A stretch of 64,000 bases of DNA from Blastocystis sp. Blastoise (lineage: Eukaryota; Protista; Bigyra: Opalinata), in contig JBBPEB010000006.1 of assembly GCA_039096225.1 (NCBI GenBank), positions 124,001 to 188,000 on the forward strand. Direction: 5' to 3'. The position numbers and the translations under genes were made by a program. Shown one piece after another: positions 44,339 to 64,000 of this stretch. Under the pieces are notes generated by a model. The model was not told where the DNA came from, did not search any database, and saw only the letters and a program-made list of their open reading frames with translations. Position 1 is the first letter of the stretch. Each line of letters begins with the position of its first letter.

Positions 44339-45436
44339 AAGACTCATTTTATGTTATTTATATTATTATTATATACAGGTTGGCCTTTAACCACGGGGAT
44401 TTCAAAGTTAATAACAAGTGTGACAGCAGGTACATCGAGTCCACGAGCAATAACATTAGTAGCAATCAATATCTTTGTGATGCCTTGTTTGAATTCTTTA
44501 ACAACTCGATCTCTTGTTTCATTCTGCATTTTTCCGTATAATATATTCGCGGTATAATCATGTTCTCGAAGGAAATTTGCTAATTTATCTGCAACACCAG
44601 CACTATTTACAAATATAACTGTTTGACCAACATTCATAATATCATATAATTTAATAATATTTTGATATTTCTCTTCTTCATTCTTATTTAATACAAAATA
44701 CTATATATAGAATAATTATAAAAGAATAATTATAAAAGAATAGAATAAATATAATATATATATTATATATATTATATATATATACAAGTGGTACATTATC
44801 CAGTTTAAGGTCTTCTTCCTTCTTCTTTATAACTACAGGGTCACGACATAATTTCTTAGCAAAGGATAACACATTCTCAGCAAAAGTAGCACTGAATAAT
44901 AATAACTATATATATAATATATATTATATATAATATATATTATATTTTTTATATTATATTTTTTATATTATATATATATATATATTATATATATATATAA
45001 TATATATATACTTGGAAATTACGTCTAGGCATGGCTTTTTGAATAGTAATACAAGTATTTCCTAAAGTGAATTGGCGGGAACCATTGGCGTCCTTTAACA
45101 TCTCATCTGCTTCATCTATAACCATCATTTTCATATCTCTAGTATTAAAGAATCGTTTCTTAATAAGATTATTAATAGTACCAGGTGTACCTACTAGTAC
45201 TTGTTCTGTAACTGCAGATTCCTCTCCATCTTTTAATAATAAACGATATGTAAATGAACAATACTTGCCAAACTTTTGAATTATATCATAATTCTGTATA
45301 GCTAATTCTCTTGTAGGACATAAACATAATACTTGAGGAGCCTGTATATGTTCATTAACACGAGAAAGCATGCCAAGGACAAAACAACCAGTTTTACCAC
45401 TACCATTCTGAGCTTGTGCAATCAAATTTACAGGAG

Positions 45437-45493
<57 letters not shown>

Positions 45494-45888
45494 CATAATA
45501 AACCATAAACACAAGAATATAAAATATAAATATAAGTATACTCTTGTAAAATATAGGGTAATCCTTGAGCTTGAATTAAAGAAGGTTTTTCATATTTAAA
45601 TTCTACATAAACAGAACGAATTAATTCTTCACGGAGATGTAAGTCTTCAAAAGTAGTAGCAGCTAATAAGTTTTGTTTATAATCAATTTCAATAACAGTC
45701 TTTTCATTAATTAAACCACATCCATGATTTGAAGAAGAATTACTTGATGATTCAGAATCTTCAGCAGACACAGTTTTTGATTCACTTTGAGAATTGGTAC
45801 TTTTTACTTCTGTCTTTGTTACTTCAGGAGATTGTTCTTCTTGAGAAGTTTGCTCATCTACTTTAGGTTCATTAGTTACTTCACTCAT
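44032..45888 (-). CDS. DBP5: DEAD-box mRNA-export helicase DBP5/DDX19
   Basis: KPSLIQAQGLPYIL; PPVNLIAQAQNGSGKT; PTRELA; GTPG; DEAD; FSATF; ATNVIARGLD; HRIGRTGR. Confidence 0.9.
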
Positions 45889-46879
45889 TGTACTATGCTA
45901 TCAATCAGAATAAAAATGAAATTACTTTTTTTATTTCATTTTCTTTTTCTTTTTCATGATTATTTCTGGTTTTCTAGGTTATAACGTATTATTAATCATT
46001 TCATTCTTATATTTAAAATATCTTGTCAGATTTATATACTATTATGAATATTCTATAATAGCTTAACGAAAATATAATAGATACATAGTCTTGAATCAAT
46101 AATTTAACATTATCAACACATGATGTTCACAGATGAGTAATTGTTGTTATGAAAACGATAATATATGTCTATTTATATGCATAAAACGATTAGAAGAATA
46201 CAACTCTAAGTGTTAACTTTACTCTTATTGTTGCTTTTTATTTTCATTTTCATAATTCTAGTTCAATTTGTTCATTTATAATTAAAGATAAAACTATATT
46301 ATCAGCATATTATATTAGGTATTTAGATATTTGATTTGCTGTTGTTTTTTTAATATTATACATAATTTATCTATTCTGATATTTTTTAATGGGAAAATTT
46401 ATTATAAAATTTATATTTTGATCATAATTAACAATACAGAATAATCCTGGAAGTAATATTTATTTTTAAATACAAAAAATCAGAATAATTGACTCATTTT
46501 AAATGAATTAACACAAGTTCAACTATTGTTCAACTATGAAAAATAAAGATTTTTATATGTTTTTAATAATTTCTTCTTTAATAAAGATCCAATAGAAACC
46601 ACATAATTATTTTAACAAAAGTAAAAGAGGAACATGGTTTTATTTATAAAAAAATGGAATATAATTTACAATAAGAAAACAAATAATTGTAAAACAATTT
46701 CAAATGGTTGTATATATATAAATATATATAGTACCATTTAATAAAATGAGTATGTAAAAGATAAAATTGAAAAGTGATAAAAAAAGAATAATATTTGTAG
46801 AAAAGAATATATAGGGAAAAATGAGCATTAATAATAAAGTCAATATATATATATAGAAATATAAAATAAATACTTTGTA

Positions 46880-58145
<11,266 letters not shown>

Positions 58146-58580
58146 GATTAAATACTTTTCATAAACATAAAAATGATTACAGAAACAATAGTATATATTT
58201 TTGTAAATAAAAAAACAAAAATAAAAAAAGATCGCGATTATAATAAAAAATGGGATGTAATTGCTCAAATAATCGTGTTTTTTTACTTTTAAAAAATGAA
58301 TTTAAAAAAAATATACATTTATATTAACTGAGAATTAATATTTGAAAAAATTTTATACTTGATTTATAAAAATTTAAAAATTTCTTATATGTGATCTATT
58401 TCTTATACATTATATATATTCAATATAGTAAAGACATTTATCTATTTTTCATTAACAATTCATTACACAAACAGAGGATATAAAAAGAAAAAAGAGATTT
58501 TTACAGAAAAATAAGGAAAAACTCTGAGAAATATCCAATTCCCATAGTTATTTTAAACTGAAAAAGAGAATCTAGAGAAA

Positions 58581-59545
58581 ATGAACAAAACATAATTATA
58601 ACAAAGAAAGACCTTGTCATCACTTGATTTATACTGTAATTTACTAATTCATTTGTATACGAAAAGTGCATGAGTATATAAACATTTGGATGATATTCTT
58701 ATTTATAGGTGAACTAAATTCTCAAGGATCTGAATTAGCTTCAAACGTTGATGAAGAATTATATATTGCATCGAAAGGAAAAGCATCTTTGCTTTCTAAC
58801 CTTGAACATCTTGTTCATTATGTCGAAGTATTTTTATAATTTGTTTTTGTTTATTCAGTTATTTTTTATAAATATTTCTTTTTTTATAGACCTTAGAAGA
58901 TAATATACCTGAGTATAAAGATTTAACTTCAATTATTGAAGCTTTTAAAGTGGATCAGAATTTACCTTTCATTCCACAATTTGTAAATGTAGTTAGAAAG
59001 ATATTATATGCTGTATATTAAGTAATACTTATTTTTTTAAATGTTGTATTAGGAATGTGAATCAAATATGTACTCTGTTCGAAGTGATTTCTTTTCAATT
59101 ATTATTTTCACATGTTTGACTACTGAATTATATCACTATGTAGAAATTATTTCATTAATGTATATATTATTTTTGCATTTCTTTTGTTTATATATATATT
59201 CTTTTTATATTAAATAATATATATGTATAGTGACGATATTTTATGTGGCGTTCAAAAAGGCAAAGCCGATTCTCGAAGCTTCTTTAGTCGTTACTGTTCC
59301 TATGAAGAAAGGTATTCATTATAGTTATTATTAGGTTTATTATAGGTATTATTATGGTTATTATTATGTTTATTCTGATTGTTATAGTTATTATATTTAT
59401 TATTATTATAGTTTTTATTATTAAGTTTATTATTATTATAGTTATTATAGTTATGCTTATTATATTTATTATTATTATATATAGAAAGTTAGGAGATCAT
59501 CTTATTGGATTTACAACAGATAATATGTCGAGTCTTTATAGAGGA

Positions 59546-59606
<61 letters not shown>

Positions 59607-59888
59607 ACTGATGCTTGTCTTAATCAATTTGTGAATATATATGTAAATCCAAAAGATAAAAAATCGAATACAGTTGTAAAGATATTAAAGTATATATATA
59701 TATTATTATTATTATTATGTTTATTATTATATAGATATATACCTGAAAGCGATTCTTTTATGGGACATGATATGATTGGAAATATATTCACATTTAAATA
59801 TGAAAATTGCACAAAAATCACGGGAATTCAAAGAACAGCTATTGCCAATATGTCACTTGTATATATATATATATATATTATTATTATG

Positions 59889-59926
<38 letters not shown>

Positions 59927-60162
59927 GACTAATTCTACAAAGGATATTGGTCTTTATATATCTATTCATGTTAATGATAATTATACGTATATATATATAT
60001 ATATATATATATATTTAAATATCTTTAGAATCACGGGAATAGTGCTTGATTTCTTTGAAGAGAGAGGTATATATAAGAATATATACAGAGTTTATTTAGA
60101 TGGATATACACAAGTAGATATTTATGGATTAGAAGATATTCAAGTTGATATGTATATATATA

Positions 60163-60198
<36 letters not shown>

Positions 60199-60783
60199 AT
60201 ATATTATTTATTATATATTATATATTATTATAGAGTAGAGCCATTTCCTTACCTGGAGCGTCATCTAGATGCGTCACTTGTACTAACCAATACATCTCAT
60301 GATAAGAATTTACTTATTTATTATCATCAGGACAAACAGTATATATATTATATATATATATTATATATATTATATATATTATATATAGGATTTATACCAT
60401 AATAGATCTTTCTTACTCCCCCATTTCTGATAAATATACATATTCACTTATACGAAATAGTGATAATAGAGCTTTTATGTATATATATATATTATATTCT
60501 ATTATATTTATATTCAACCCTATATATAGTTTTGATTTACCTCAAGGTTCATATACGATTCTAAAAGAAATTCCAGCACGTGATCGTCTGGTGACTCCCC
60601 TCAATCCCCCTCCAATGGACCCCATTCTTAGTACGGAACTCAAATCATTTGTCGAGGAATATACAGATAAACGATATTATTGTAAACCCTATAGTTCTTT
60701 ATATAAAGCTATTGAAACCTCTTTATATGAATATATGAATGTATTACAATCATTATGGGCAGATATCGACTTTGGAAAAGATG

Positions 60784-60834
<51 letters not shown>

Positions 60835-61760
60835 ATAGTTTGAATACTTATTCTCTATGTATAAATTAAGCATATATATTTATATACTTACTTCTCTTCC
60901 TTCACTTGTTACTATTTGTAATGAAAGGTATATATATATTTGGGTATATTTATTATATATATATAGTTTATTAAAATTTTTACCAAGTGATTTTCCCCGC
61001 CAAATTGATGTTGATGAATATATTAATACACTGAAATTTGCTGAAAAACGAAAAATGTAATTATGATTTATTATATTATTAATATATATATATATAGTTA
61101 TCAAGATCCTTATGATTATCAAAAATTATATATTAATATATATATATATAAGTTAATGAGATCAAACATGAAAAATAAAATTGATGTATATAATAATAAT
61201 TATATATATATATATATAGGGAATAACGAATTTAACTACATTATTTAATGATCTTCAAACGGTAAAGAAATCCACTATTTATAAATCACTTGTTCAATAT
61301 ATACGAGACAGAGTATATATAACTATCTATATATATTACTTATATATATGTTACTTATTATATATAGGATATATTAGATGTGTTATTCCGACAGTGTTTA
61401 AATACCGAAACATTACGATTGTCTCTCTCTCTTCTTCAATATATATGCACTGTTATCCCTGTATGTACTTATTATTCTATTCTTTATTAATATATACATA
61501 TTCTTATACTTATATAGTTAACAAATAAGGATATTGATATATTTTATGAGGCTGTTCATAATAACCGTATATATGAATCCATTCAAGCTACTACCATTGT
61601 ATGTCAATTACTCCCTCTCTTCCCTAATCAACGTATATATATATATAGTATTATTATTATACTTATTATTATATATAGAACGTGAATATTTACAAAATTT
61701 ATTATTAAATACAAGTGTTGATATATGTACAGAACAAGTATATATATATATTAATATTTA

Positions 61761-61811
<51 letters not shown>

Positions 61812-62391
61812 TTATATTCATATTATATATAGAGTATTAAAGTATTAAGTAAATTGTTAGTATTATATATAAATGACATCCCTGAATCACAACCTATTCC
61901 TGATTCTATTCGAAATTCTATTGTATATATTATATAGTATAACAATATTGCTATTATTATTATAGAAAACAGTTGGTGAATATATTTTCCGTTACGGATG
62001 CATTTGTACCCCCGAATCAAATGAAGAAAAGCACGTGATATTCTCATTGATTCCACTTTATAAATCAGATAGCTTTGTATATATATATATATTATTATTA
62101 TTATTATTATTTTATATAGTGTGAAATCTTTTGTGCATTTCTGTCTTCTCAGTTACACACAACATCCATGACATTAAATAATCTCTCTTTTATTCTCTAT
62201 GTCTATTATTCTATTCTTACAAAGTATATATATATATATTTTGATTATTATTTCTATTTTCTTTCTATATATATATATATATATATAGTCTTTCAACGGA
62301 TGTTCAGAATCTCTGTCTTTATCTCCAGACCCCGAAACCTGATGATTTCATAGAAGTAATCTATCAACAAATATTATACTCCTTGTATATA

Positions 62392-62425
<34 letters not shown>

Positions 62426-63653
62426 TATATAGTTTATTAGTCTCTACAAGTACTGATTCTATTTCACAAAGTTATTTAACAAGGTATATTTATATGATAA
62501 TAATTATAGTAATAATAATAATAATAACTATATATATATATATAGTATTGTTCATCGTTGTTTATTAATACTGAAATTATTTATTGATGATTTTCAATTT
62601 AATACTTCATTAATATCTATTCAAACTATATATAAGAAATTGTTACTTCTGAATTCACCAATATATATACAGATCTATATTTTACAATGGTTATATAGTT
62701 ATTATATACATGTAATTGAAGTATATCCTGATAATAAATTAGATTCAGATATAAATGATGTATATATATATATGAAAGATGCACAGTTGAATAAAGATAA
62801 AAGTGGAATCAAATTATTAATATTATTATTTGAAGAAATTAACTTAAGAAATGAAGGATATATTTGGGATGAACAAAGAGATATATATATACGTAATAGC
62901 ATGACTCTGAAACATGAAGAAAAAATATGGAAAGTATATATATATATATATATATATATATACTTAATATTATACTTAATATTATACTTAATATTATTAT
63001 ATAGATAACAATGCTTCATGATAAACGTGTAGAATTATTAAATTATTTGATTGATTTATATTTAAATGTATCCAATGAAATGGTAAAGAAATCATGTGAT
63101 TTAACAGAAAAGTTTTTGAAAATTATTTCTCAATTTATTATTCAAAAGAAAGATGATCCAAGTATATATATAATATATATATATAATATATATATATATT
63201 ATATATAGATTCATATTTATGTCGCCGTTGTCTTCAACTTCTTCTTCTATTTTATAAACGTATATATCTCTCTACACCTCAAAAACCAATTACTGTTCTT
63301 TTACCAACTTCCCATGAAACTTTTAAAAGTTCTGCTGTCCATTTGACAATTCCCGCGGAACTGACAGCTGCTGATTTATTGAGATATATATATGGAGATG
63401 AATGTCAAGATAAAGTACAAACAGAAGGCGTTACAATATTAAGGGGATTAATGTACGGAAATAAAACAGCTCTTCTATATAATAAGAAATGTATTCCTTA
63501 TCATGGAGAAGTATATATATATATATATAATAATAAAAATAATAATAAATATTTTTATAGACTTTTTTTATTGAAGACATAACACATCCAGGATGTGCAA
63601 ATTCCCCTGGTTATTACATAGAATTGTATATATATATATATATTATAATATTC

Positions 63654-63685
<32 letters not shown>

Positions 63686-64000
63686 GTCAGGAATTCTTTT
63701 ATATATCAGATTATATTGAGAAAGCATTAGCTTATAACCCCTTAAGGTTACCTTCAAGTTGTATATATATATATATATATTATTATTATTATTATTCTAT
63801 ATATATATATAGTATCTAGTTCTCAGTATTACCACCCAGTTCCTTCTGATATATTATATACTACATTAATAAACTTCTTAAGGCCTTCTCGAAACACCAA
63901 GTCTTCTTTCTCCATTGGATCTCCTACTGATGCTCATAACTCTACTATTGATAATAGTAGTGTATATGCCAAAGAAGCTATATATATATTACGTAATCTA
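58581..64000 (+). CDS. Large intron-rich gene, 3'-truncated by the window; probable USP9/USP24/USP34-like deubiquitinase N-terminal region
   Basis: More than 25 short exons. The segment GIKLLILLFEEINLRNEG...LKHEEKIWKI...LLNYLIDLY...RRCLQLL followed by a Ubl-like TIPAELTAADLLRYI resembles the helical region of FAF/USP9-type proteins (recalled similarity). The catalytic domain is not in the window. Confidence 0.5.

Overview
Very AT-rich, intron-dense eukaryotic (protist-like) DNA in two halves. Positions 437-31243 form one ~30.8-kb Mutator-like (MULE) DNA transposon, bounded by perfect 51-bp terminal inverted repeats and a 10-bp target-site duplication (TTCTTCTTTT). It encodes an apparently intact 4-exon MULE DDE/SWIM transposase, whose last intron holds a precisely inserted 6.4-kb non-autonomous Helitron. 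It also carries unusual cargo: four copies of a ~68-nt tRNA-like cloverleaf with covarying stems, arrays of short exons (one array clearly symmetric phase-1), long CT-rich tracts and ~244-bp degenerate repeat arrays. Positions 31313-64000 are ordinary host genes: WDR74/NSA1, a hypothetical protein, an RCC1-like protein with a mitochondrial-type leader, RRP6, DBP5/DDX19, a very large FYRN/FYRC-DDT-bromo-PHD-Myb chromatin protein, and the 5' part of a probable USP9/24/34-like protein. Exon boundaries were read by eye. Most short ORFs in the supplied track are microsatellite artefacts.
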